The notes under the pieces were generated by a model. It had not been told where the DNA came from. It saw only the letters and a program-made list of their open reading frames with translations, and did not search any database. A stretch of DNA of 64,000 nt from Sphyrna mokarran (lineage: Eukaryota): positions 46,624,001-46,688,000 of the forward strand of contig JAGIQG010000003.1 of the NCBI GenBank assembly GCA_024679065.1, written 5' to 3'. The translations under genes and the position numbers were made by a program. Positions 53,672 through 64,000 of the stretch are shown one piece after another. Each line of letters opens with the position of its first letter. The stretch's first letter is position 1.

Positions 53672-53897
53672 AACTTGCATTTGTACAGTGCCATTTATGA
53701 CCTTAGGACATCATAAAGCCCTTCAAAGCCAATGGTGTACTTCTAATGTCTCTATTCTAATGTAAGAAAATATGGCAGACATTTCTCACAAAGCAAATGC
53801 CCATTAACATCCAAAATATATATAATTAGATAAGCTATTTTAGTAATAGTATTTGAGGATATACATTGACCAGCACATTGCTCCTTCAATACCATGC
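53672..53897 (-). mobile_element. Deu-domain SINE 3' fragment
   Basis: aacttgcatttgtacagtgcc..atgaccttaggacatc..aaagccaatg..tacttc..gaggatatacattgaccag, the same family as 50690-51290. Confidence 0.55.
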
Positions 53898-54467
53898 TAA
53901 AATATCAGAAATATAATGGCTCATTTGCTTTCGAGTGAAAAAACCTATGGCCAGAATGTGACGAGACATTCAAATGTCTGTTGACTTTGGGTGAATCAGA
54001 AGATCTTACTGGTGGAAGAGGCCAGTGAATCCCAGCCTATAATTTATTTTTGGGATGCTTATAGATTCCACTAAGGGTTGATTTCTAGTAAGGCATCTAG
54101 GTCTCAATAAATGATCAGGTTACCAAGTTGCCTGAGAGATAAATAATAGAATAGCAAAGGGTCAATAAGAAATTAACAATAGAGTTGAGTAGATTATGAA
54201 TGATTCGGGTCTTGAGCAGTATTTTTTTAGATCAATCTGGCTGCACAGCAAGGAATATTTCTTTCCTGCAGAATTCACTTGAAATTTGATGCACTGGCTG
54301 AAAGAGCTTAAACTTCTTTTTACCTAAAGGATTTCTGACAATGATTTGGATGTCTAGGAATATACGTAATAGAACAAAGAATATAGAAGGTGGCAAGCAT
54401 CTAACCTCAGGCAGAGCAGAAATGGTGATAAGTATAAGTGAGGAGCTGATCATTCTGGTTGACAGTG

Positions 54468-57250
54468 TTATACCTAGATGTGTGCAGTATACCAAACAAG
54501 GTAAATGAGCTTGTTGCGCACATTGAAATTGGCTGATATGATGTTCTGGACATAACAGAGATATGGCTGCAAGGAGATCAAAACACAGATCTAAATTCCA
54601 AGGATATGTGTCCTATGGGAAAGACAGGTGGATGGGCAAATGGGGTGGGGTTGCATTGTTAGTTAAATCAATAGCAAGAAATAATGTAGGATCAGAAAGC
54701 ATAGAATCTTTTGATAGAGTTGAGAAATCGTAAAAGTAAAAAAACCTTGATGGGAGTTATGTACAGGTACCCTAGCAATAGTCAGAGCGTGGGGCAGAAA
54801 ATAAATCAGGCAATATAAAAGATGCAATATTACAATAATCATGGGGGACTTCAATTTGTAGGTGGACTGGGGTTTCAGTGGATCCCAAGAAAAGGAATTT
54901 GTGGAATGCCTAGAGATTTTTAGAGCAGCTTGCGACAGAGTCTACTAGGGAACAGGCAATTCTGGATTTAGTGATGTGTAATAAGGCAGACTTGATTAGG
55001 GAACTTAAGGTGGAAGAACCCTGAGGGATCAGTGACGACAATACGATAGAATTTATCTTGTAGTTTGAGAGGGAGAAGCTGGAATCAGATTTAATGGATT
55101 ATAATTAAATAAGGGTAACTACAAAGACATGAGGGAAGAGCTGGCCAGAGTAGATTGGAAAGAGAGCTTAGCAGGGAAAACAGTGGAACAGCAATGGCTG
55201 GAGTTTTTCAGAGTTATTTGGGAGGCATAACAGAAGTTCATCCCAAGGAGGAGAAAACATGCTAAAGGGGAAGATGAGGCATCCATGTCTGCTGAGGGAA
55301 GTCTAGGACAGCATAAAAGCAGCAGAAAAAGCGTACAAAGTGGCAAGGATTAGTGGGAAGTGAGAGGATTGGTAAGCCTTTAAAAGTGAGCACAGAATAT
55401 CTAAAAGATGGGAGAGCATGAAATATTAGTATAAGCAACCAAGTAATATAAAGGAAGACAGAAAGAATTTTTTTCAATATATGAAAGGTAAGAGATTGGA
55501 CCACTGAAAAATGAGGCTGGAGAAGTAATAATAGAAAACAAAGCAATAGCAGAGGAACTGAATAGTTACTTTGCATCAGTCTTCACAGTGAAAGTCACCA
55601 GTGGGATACCAGAGCTCCAGGATAGTTGGGGGGGACAGGTGAGTGTAATGGCCATCACTAAGGAGAAAATCCAGGGGAATCTGAAAGGTCTGAAGGTGGA
55701 TAATTCAACTGGACCAGATGGACTACATTCTAGGGTTCTAAAAGATATAACTGAGAAAACTGTGGAGACATTGGTGGTGATCTTTCAGGAATTATTGGAG
55801 GCAGGGAGGGTACTAGAGGAGTAGAAAGTACCTAATGTAACATCACTACTTAAGAAGGGTAGGAGACAGCAGACGGGAAATTATAGTCCAGTTAACCTGA
55901 CTTCACTCATTGACAAGAATTTAGAGTCCATTATTAAAGATGAGATTGCAGAGTACTTGGAAGTGCATAAGAAAGTAGGACTGAGTCAGTATGGCTTTGT
56001 CAAGGGGAGGTCATGTCTGACAAATCTGTCAAGAGTTCTTTGAGGAAGTGATAAGGAAGTTAGATAGAGGAAAACCAATGGGCGTGATTTATTTAGACTT
56101 TCAGAAGGCTTGTGACAAGATGCTGCATACCACACTGTTAAATAAGTTAAGTACCCATAATGTTAAGGGTAAGATCCTGGCATGGATAGAGGATTGGCTG
56201 ACTGGCAAAAGACAGAGAGTGGGGATAAAGGAGTCTGTTTCAGAATGGCAGCCAGTGACTAGTGGTGTGCCTCAGGGGTCAGTGCTGGGACCACAACTTT
56301 TCACAATATACATTAACGATTTGGAGAAAGGAACTGAAAGCGCTGTTTCTAAGTTTGCAGATGATACAAAGATATATAGAGGGACAGCTGGTATTGAGGA
56401 AGCAGGGAGGCTGCAGAAGGACTTGGACAGATTAGGAGAGTGGGCAAAAAAGTGGCAGATGGAATACAATGTGGTAAAGTTTGACATTAAGCACTTTGGA
56501 AGGAGAAATACAGGCATAGACTATTTTCTAAATGGGAAAATGCTTAGGAAATCAGAAGCACAAAGGGACTTAGGGGTCATTGTTCAAGATTTTCTTAGGA
56601 CTAATGTGCAGATTCAGTCAGCAGTTAGGAAGGCAAATGCAATGTTAACATTCCTGTCACAAGGACTGGAATACAAGAGCAGAGATGTACTTCTGAGGCT
56701 GTATAAGGCTCTGGTCAGACCCCATTTAAAGCATTGTGAGCAATTTTGGACCCTATAATTAAGGAAGGATGTACTGGCCTTGGAAAGGGTCCAGAGGAGA
56801 TTCGCAAGAATGATCCCTGAAATGAAGAGCTTGTCTTGTGAGGAACGGTTAAGGACTCTGGGTCTGTACTCATTGGAGTTTAGAAGGATGAGGGAGGGAT
56901 CTTATTGAAACTTACAGGATACTGTGGGTCCTGGATAGTGCGGACATGGAGAGGATGTTTCCACTAGTAGGAAAAACTAGAACCACAGGGCACAACCTCA
57001 GGTTAAAGCAATGATCCTTAAGAAGGAATTGCTTCAGCCAGAGAGTGGTGAATCTGTTGGACACTTTGCTGCAGAAAGCTGTGAAGGTCAGTCATTGAGT
57101 ATCTTTAAGACAGAGACAGATAGGTTCTTGATTAATAAGGGGATCAAGGATTGTGGGGAAAAGGTAAGAGAATGGGATTGAGAAAAATATCAGCCATGAT
57201 TGAATGGCGGAGCAGACTCAATGGGTCGAGTGGCCTAATTCTGCTCCTAT
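54468..57250 (+). mobile_element. CR1 LINE, nearly complete but inactivated ORF2 (APE endonuclease + RT) in PAX3 intron 4
   Basis: Endonuclease motifs (NKVNEL, ITEIWL, MGDFN), GPDGLHSRVLK, YLDFQKACDK, SGVPQGSVLGP, FADD (56354-56365), LYKALVRPHL and a 3' end gcctaattctgctcctat. Multiple stops and frameshifts. Confidence 0.93.
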
Positions 57251-57655
57251 AGGAAGGCAAAGCTGAGAAGACAGACTGAGATGTAAATAAAATTGGAGGA
57301 GGTTTAAAAGGAAAACTTCACTGGACATACAAGAAGACCTAAGAAATCTCAATCCTTACTCAAATCTTTGAAGTAGTACTCAGACCAAATGGTTAACTCT
57401 TCAAGTTTTGATAAGTGTCTTGGGTTCTGAGGGTGCAAATCAAATGGTTGTGGAAAGGAATTTGAGCAAAGTTCAATTAGAAAATAAATAACTGTTTATT
57501 TTAATATCTTTGAGCAGAGTTTTGCCATCCTGCCTCCACAGAAATTGTAGCAAGCGGGATATGGATCATGAAGAAGACCTTTGACCTTTGAGTGGAATTT
57601 TGCAGAGCATGGCCAAAAAATTCCATCCTTTTTTGTAACTGATCATTTAAAATAT

Positions 57656-57936
57656 AGCACAGTGGCACAGTGGTTAGCACTGCTGCCTCACAGCACCAGG
57701 GACCCAGATTCAATTACAGCTTAGGTCACTGCCTGTGCAGAGTCTGTACCTTCTACCTGTCTGTGTGGGTTTCCTCCTGGTGCTGTGGTTTCTTCCCCAC
57801 AGTTTGAAAGGTGTGCTGGTTAGGTGCATTGACCCGAGCAGGTGCCAGAGTGTGACAACTAGGGGAACTTCACAGTAACTTCATTGCAGTGTTAATGTAA
57901 CCTTTGCTTGTGGCTAATAAATAAACGTTAAAAAAA
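57656..57936 (+). mobile_element. V-SINE with alternative tail
   Basis: AGCACAGTGGCACAGTGGTTAGCACTGCTGCCTCAC head, GGGTTTCCTCCTGGTGC core, and tail ttcacagtaacttcattgcagtgttaatgtaa..aataaataaac. Confidence 0.85.
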
Positions 57937-58630
57937 GTGGTGTCGTTGTAAATGTTCATGTTCCTTAATATTTTTTATTTCAATTTAACCTGTGACTCTT
58001 GTGGTTTCATTCTTTCAGTAAACACAGTGTTCTCAGGCTCTTAAAAATAGATAAACACATTACAGGTCTCTACTGATTAATACGTGTTTAAGTCTCTTAA
58101 AGTTGTGGGTTTTAATCCACAATCTATTGACTTGGGTTGTAGTCTTAAAAGTGCTATATAAATGCAAGACTTTTTTAAAGAGTGTGCTATCACTGAACAA
58201 ATGCTGACATCATTCTTTTCACTGACTTGCTCACTCCTTTTGTGTGACCTCTACATCTTCCACTTGAAGACATGCTTTAAAAATGTCATATAATTACATA
58301 GGAATCATCCATTACAGCTACCTGAAAGTTAACTGAACTGTGTCAAACACTTTTCTCCTTATCTGCTGTTCCTCCAGCCAGCTGTTTAAAATCTCCGTTA
58401 TTTATTGCCTTCTTGAAGGTGATGCTCCTAATTTGCAAGCCACCTCCCCATGGGTTACACTTCTAAACTGAAAATGGATATTTAAATTAACTGACCCCAC
58501 AATTTATGGCAGGGTCAATGCTGGAGAGGATCAGTGAACAAAATGTTTGCCTCCAGGCACAACAGCAATATAAATGGCCCTATTGATTCTCAAGGCGTGT
58601 AACTTTACTGAACATGAAGCACACTTATGG

Positions 58631-59568
58631 GGCTGGATTTCACAAGGGTGGGCATATTATTTGACCACTCTCCCCATTTCCTTGCAAAAAACAGCTGACA
58701 CACCTTTTTTTAAGTAAAAAGCCCACCCTGCAACCGTAACACACCACCAGTGGACTAAACAGGCAGTGGGAGAAGGTCCTGCCCACAAAAGCTGCCAGCC
58801 AAGGACAGTCATGATGTGGAGATGCCAGCGTTGAACTGGGGTAAACACAATAAGAAATCTCATAGCACCAGGTTAGAGTCCAACAAGTTTATTTAATAGT
58901 AAACCACAAGCTTTCGAGGTTTACTCTCAACTGAAGAAGGGGCAAACCCTGAAAGCTTGTGGGTTTACTATCAAATAAACTTGTTGGACTCTAACCTGGT
59001 GTTGTGAAACTTCTTACTGAGCCAAGGGTACTACCAGAGCTCAGTGGCAGAAGCTGTTGGGACAACAAGTAGGTCCATGTAGATCCTGGAACCAGATAGG
59101 TTCCTTGTTTTATAGGGCGATGAGAAAGTGGGCAACTGCTGCTGGAAGAGGGGCAATGGAGGAGCAGCTCTTGGAATCTGGGAAAGGAGGAACAAAGATG
59201 GGGTAGCATTTTAAGGGTGAGGAGGTTACTCCAATTCACAGCACATCCCACGGAGAATACTCCCCAAACCCCCCAACTCCCACATCCAAGGCCTATCTTT
59301 TTAAAAAGACTGCCCATACTAATTGTTTTATGGCATGCGCAGCATATTATTCCAGTCTAATGGCCTGATAACATTCAATTTACCATTATTTATTTATTTT
59401 TTAAAATGCCCTGTGGGCTGCCTATTTCCAGCACCTCCCAATTCCCCAGCTATCATATCATAGGGAGAAGGTTGGAAAGGGGCACAAAGATAGTGAATTC
59501 ACTACCCTTCATATTTTACATGCCCCCACCCATTCCCCTCGCAGAGAACATGCCACCAAAATCCAGCC
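58631..59568. mobile_element. MITE-like element with 10-bp terminal inverted repeats, interrupted by a Penelope fragment
   Basis: ggctggattt (58631-58640) and aaatccagcc (59559-59568). The same terminus recurs at ~33610 (aaatccagccc). Confidence 0.5.
58811..59020. mobile_element. Penelope-like inverted terminal repeat unit
   Basis: Same family as 10179-10463. Arms 58848-58915 and 58951-59019 are near-perfect reverse complements. Confidence 0.75.
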
Positions 59569-59789
59569 TGCGGTGCACAATTTTAAAATAGGGCAAATAC
59601 ATTCCTCTCAAACTTGCATATTGTGGATGACATTTAGCATGTGCAATTTTGCACACTGGAATTCATAGCAAATGGGCACTTTATAAAGGGAAACTTTTTG
59701 GAAAAGGATATTTAATACAGCACAAGAATTTACTGTGAGCAGGCAGTTTACATTAAAGAATATTAATAAGCATACTTAATTACATAAGA

Positions 59790-60010
59790 TTACATTGGAT
59801 AATGGGCTTTCAACTCAACCAGTCCATGTCATTGTGTATGCTCCAATTAAGTCTCTTCTCATCTAAGTCTACCATTGGAACCCTCAATTGTCTACCCCAT
59901 TACTTGCTTGTCTGCCTTCCTCTTAAATGCTTCTATTCATTGCAACCACTTTGTGTGCTGGAAATTCCATACTCCTATTACTCTTTTCAAGAAGAAGCTT
60001 CTTCTGAATT
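59790..60010 (-). mobile_element. CR1 3' end fragment
   Basis: Minus ORF NREFRRSFFLKRVIGVWN matches the CR1 ORF2 C-terminus (RRNFFTQRVV..WN). Confidence 0.6.
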
Positions 60011-60299
60011 CTCTGTTGGATTTGTTGGTGACTATCCTGAATTGATGTCCTCCAGTAACGCTCTTCTTCACAAGAGGATACAAGCAAGGAGGGAAAATCA
60101 CTATAAATAGTAACTTTATGAGGAGGAGTTTCAACAGAACTGCACTCTTCATTTACACTTCTCTCTCTGCCTAAAGTGTGCATTCATTTTAAAACTTCCC
60201 TACATAAAATGCTCATTTATAGAGAGTTTATCCCTTGGCATAAAGTGTCATTTTACAGCAAATGTCCTGGCATGGACACTTGATAACCCATGCAAGTTG

Positions 60300-61190
60300 C
60301 TGTACATGGACAAGTTATACTGGCAATTTATTATAAATTGACAATTTCCACAGGAGGTTTGCTGCAAATAGACCACTTAGACAGGAGCAATTCACTTTAC
60401 TGGGGTGCTTATGAGCAGAATGTTTTATAGATGGGCACTCAATATAAAGTGAACATGCTGTGAATAGATACTTGGAGATTCACTTATTCAGTATACCATA
60501 TGGAGGTACACACAGATATTTTATTGAAGGAAGCCTCACAGTCAGCAGATACACCCTATCCAAGTTAAGCAGGGAGGCTCAATATAAACATGCTATTTTA
60601 TGCAGGGAGATATACTGTCAAGATGTATTTTAAGAAAATGTTTCATTGAGAGGAGATTTACTGTAAATAAACAGTGTAAATCAAACTCACTGCTAAGTGG
60701 GCACTGAATAGGAAGATTTAATAATTCAACATTTCCAATAGGGATTCACCCATAGTGAGCCTTTACACAGGAAATTCACATAAACAGCGACTTAACACAG
60801 AAGAAAAGCTCAGTGTAAGTGGATACTTACACATGGGATTTCCAATTTACATTCTGTTGCCAGAAGATTCAATGTGGCATTGGGATTTGCAGTTAACACA
60901 GCAGAGAATCAACTGTAGCAGACTGTATGGACAGCTGTTTTCTTTAGTTATATGGGAGAGAGGGAATCGGTTTATTGTACATGGGTTGCCAACTTCATTG
61001 TAAATGGACTCTTCTTATAACAGGCAGATACACTGAATTGGCACATTATTTAAACGGATTTACTGTGAATAAGCTTTATACAAGGAGCTGACCTTTAATA
61101 GAATATTTTGCAGTTCTGGATTACTGTAAACACAGAATATGAAAGAGACTCCCTGTAAGTAGACACTTTATGCCAAAGGATTTACTTTAG
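60300..61190. repeat. Highly degenerate ~30-bp-unit tandem repeat
   Basis: Recurrent variants of acaggagattcactgtaaatggacacttta (for example ggagatttactgtaaataaac, ggatttactgtgaataagc, gagactccctgtaagtagacacttta). Confidence 0.45.
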
Positions 61191-62424
61191 TCCAGGATGT
61201 CCCAGATATGCCACCTGAACTTCAGCAAATTAACGCATAAAAGCCTGCTGACCTGCTCTCCTTTAATAGTTATCCACCCACTTCTGTTTCCAGTTATAAA
61301 TTGCATGCTGCTGTCTGAATTTGGAGAGGCCGGGATTCTGAAAAATCTGTTCCCTGATCTGCCAAGTTTAAACAAGTGCATTCTGCAGTATTAAAATATA
61401 TAAGGAAAGCAAATTAATTTAGCAGACCTGCCAATTTCAACAGTTTAAATTAATAAGGGATACCTTTATACATTCCAACGTAAAAAAAGCGTAATTAAAT
61501 TTAATTCAGAATCTTAACTTGAGATAAGCTTTTGTGAGTCCATTTAACTACACAAGATTTTAATTTAGTCGAGATTATCAGTTCGGACAATGGTTTTGCA
61601 TCAGCCAAAACATCTCCCCCGCTCAGTCTGCAAACATGATCCCGAGCTTCCTGTCGCCTGTCAAAGGTGATAGCATTGCCATTTTTACACATGGTTCAAA
61701 GAAACAAAGTAGTACACCAAGACAGAATGTTTGGATTCCACTCCTTTTACGGAGAGCTCTTTGTAAATGGACATGTATTTTACACAGACTATATATGTTG
61801 ATTTAAAATGAGTGGAAGCTTCATTCCGACCAAAGAATTTGTAAGGGAGAATCACCACGAATGAACAATTTACATTGGACTAAAATCAGGAAACGCTGGA
61901 AACACTCGGCAGGTCATACCTCAGAAGATGAACTGCCAGAGTGCTCAGAAGTCCAATGCAAGAACTCTATGTGAATTGCCTGGAAGTTTCAACTTCTGAT
62001 GGGCAATTCTCCTGCTTCTCTAGGGACCTCCAAAAAAGTTTTCTACTCTTGAGTTAGAGTTGAAGATTTCAGAGGGTTCTGACTTAATTATCTGGTTAGT
62101 TATGCAGGAAATATTAGGAAAAAAAATTGTGTCTAACCTCTAGGAAACTGGACAGCTGGCCCCAAACCCCAAATGCCCTTCACGGCTCCATCCCCTCCCT
62201 GACCCTCCAACTCACCTTGACCTGACCTAACAACCATGCTGCCACTCTACCCACCCTGCTACCTGACCCACTTAACTTCATTCAGACTCATTCACTAACA
62301 CACTGAAAGGTTATTTAAATGTCCCAATGTTTTTCAACTAGTGCTATTAAAAAGGGGCATAGCTTGGCTTCCCCTGATTACTCTGTATCGTGAGGAAAGG
62401 CTCCAAGAACAAGTACACTTCACA

Positions 62425-62770
62425 TTATAAGATGATTAGAGGTTTAGATAGGGTGGACAGTGATAGCCTTTTTCCTAGGATGGAGAAAGCTAGCACGAGG
62501 GGACACAGCTTTAAATTAAGGGGTGATAGTTATAGGACGGATATCAGAGGTAGGTTCTTTACCCAGAGGGTGGTTAGGGAGTGGAATGCCCTGCCTGCGG
62601 CAGTTGTAGATGCGCCAAGTTTGGTGGCGTTTAAGAGGTTAGTTGATAAGTTTATGGAAGAGAAGGGAATGGTTTAGTTTGGAGGGTCATTGCTTTTTTC
62701 ATAATTGGTCGGCGCAACATCGAAGGCCGAAGGGCCTGTTCTGCGCTGTAATGCTCTACGTTCTATTTCT
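62425..62770 (+). mobile_element. Relatively young CR1 3' fragment
   Basis: Open frame YKMIRGLDRVD...RGHSFKLRG...RFFTQRVVREWNALP, retained CpGs, and a tail gggcctgttctgcgctgtaatgctctacgttctatttct. Confidence 0.85.
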
Positions 62771-63229
62771 GAAGAGGCCCAGTTTGGAAGTCCAAGCTAG
62801 AAATGCACAGTCCCATTTTAGTGCAAAAAAAAACAGGAGTAGGATAGCAAACCAACAGTGAATGCCACTCCTCAGAAGATTTGGCCCAAGTTTTCAGGTT
62901 TGTGATCTCTCATCAGAACTAGCAGTTGTTAAAAAATATAATAGGTGTTGAGCAAATGGAAGAGGTTGAAGGGAGATGCAAGTGGGAAGAACAGAAGGGA
63001 ATGTCTGTAATAGATTGAAGGCAAGAGAGATTCAGTGACACAAGGTTTTATGGTGCAAGAACTAAAGGAATGGTAACACATCAAGTAATGTCCTTTAGAG
63101 GAGGTGTGAATGGCAACAACTTGAATAACTGTTGATTGAAAGGAAATTGACAAAAATCAGAGAGAATCAAACAAAACAAAAACAGCAAAGAAAATTAAAA
63201 GACAAAAGCTATGCTGACATTATAATCTA

Positions 63230-63620
63230 ATAATGTTGAAATGAACATTGAGTCCAGAAGACTGCAAAGTGCCCAAAGGATGAGATACTGTTCACTGAAT
63301 TTGTGCTGAGCTTCACTGCAACAATACAGCAAGCCAAGGAAAGAAAAATTAAAGTGACAGCAAGGTGGAGAATTAAAATGACAAGCAACAGGAAGCTCAG
63401 TGTCAAGTTGGTTGACTGAACAGAGGTGATCTGTGGAGCAGTAATCCAGACTATGTTGATGTCCCCAAAGTAAAGGAGACCACTTCATGATCAATGAACA
63501 CTGTAGACTAAACTGAAAGAAGCACAAAATAAATCACTCTATCACCTCAAAGGATTGTATGGGGCTTCGGAAAGTGAGAAGGGAGGAGGTAAAGTGATAG
63601 ATGTTGCATCTTCTGCAGTT
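63230..63620 (-). mobile_element. Penelope-like GIY-YIG endonuclease relic
   Basis: ORF 63195..63527 contains ..DHLCSV..LPVACHFNSP..LGLLYC..EAQHKFSEQYLI, matching the PLE endonuclease C-terminus (EHLRSV..PVA.HFNS..RKLEEQHLI). Confidence 0.65.
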
Positions 63621-64000
63621 TTGTAGAAATACATTTAAGAAGAAGGCATGATCTATATCCCTGCTGTTTTTAAAAATCCATTCTAACTTCTTGTCTATAA
63701 GATTTACTAACCATGCAATAGATATTTTACACTCAGAGGAGACATACAAGTAAACAACTGGTTGTCCTGTAATGGATAGTTATCCTGCAACTCATTATTT
63801 ACCAGAGGCAGGACCTGAGATTTTGTACTGGGGCCTCAATGTCAGCATTAAATGGGGGTCTCAACCTGACACAGGGTAGAGATAAGTAACACAGTAGTGT
63901 TTTTTCCAGAATTGGCCATCGAAGGATGGTGGATGGATTTTCACAGCTGAGGGACCAATTGGACACCCTCCTGCAATGAATAATGGGAGACTGCAGGGTA

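Noticed and set aside
56048-56758. 236-aa reverse transcriptase ORF as a functional or domesticated gene
   Set aside because: It is one open segment of a CR1 ORF2 broken by stops and frameshifts on both sides.
57656-57730. tRNA genes at SINE heads
   Set aside because: A/B boxes are present, but they continue into SINE core and tail sequence and do not form a complete cloverleaf.
60300-61190. CRISPR-like array
   Set aside because: There are no identical repeats with unique spacers and no cas genes, and the context is a vertebrate intron.

Overview
This is vertebrate genomic DNA, most likely from a shark, judged from HE1/V-SINE-like, Deu-domain SINE, CR1 and Penelope-type repeats. The window holds the 3' half of a PAX3 orthologue on the minus strand: exon 5 (50214-50413, homeobox 5' part), exon 6 (46583-46748), exon 7 (43256-43470), exon 8 (16859-17105) and exon 9 (coding 14570-14604, ...SAFHYLKPDIA*). 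All junctions are GT-AG with consistent phases, followed by a ~1.9 kb 3'UTR. Exons 1-4 (paired box) lie beyond the right edge, so 50414-64000 is intron 4. The rest is intronic or downstream DNA rich in decayed elements: a CR1 ORF2, a degenerate Gypsy LTR element, SINEs, Penelope pieces and Harbinger/MITE remnants, plus several repeat-free enhancer-like blocks. The most notable observations are (1) a frameshifted fossil of the PAX7-type OAR tail just behind the PAX3 stop, (2) two Penelope-type minimal hammerhead ribozyme relics, one inside a long hairpin, (3) a reconstituted 5' splice site at the exon 7/8 junction, (4) apparent deep conservation in intron 8, and (5) an LF-SINE-like element in intron 6. 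I found no prokaryote-type system and no clearly new protein-coding gene. All cross-species comparisons are from memory and need alignment to confirm. Repeat boundaries are approximate.
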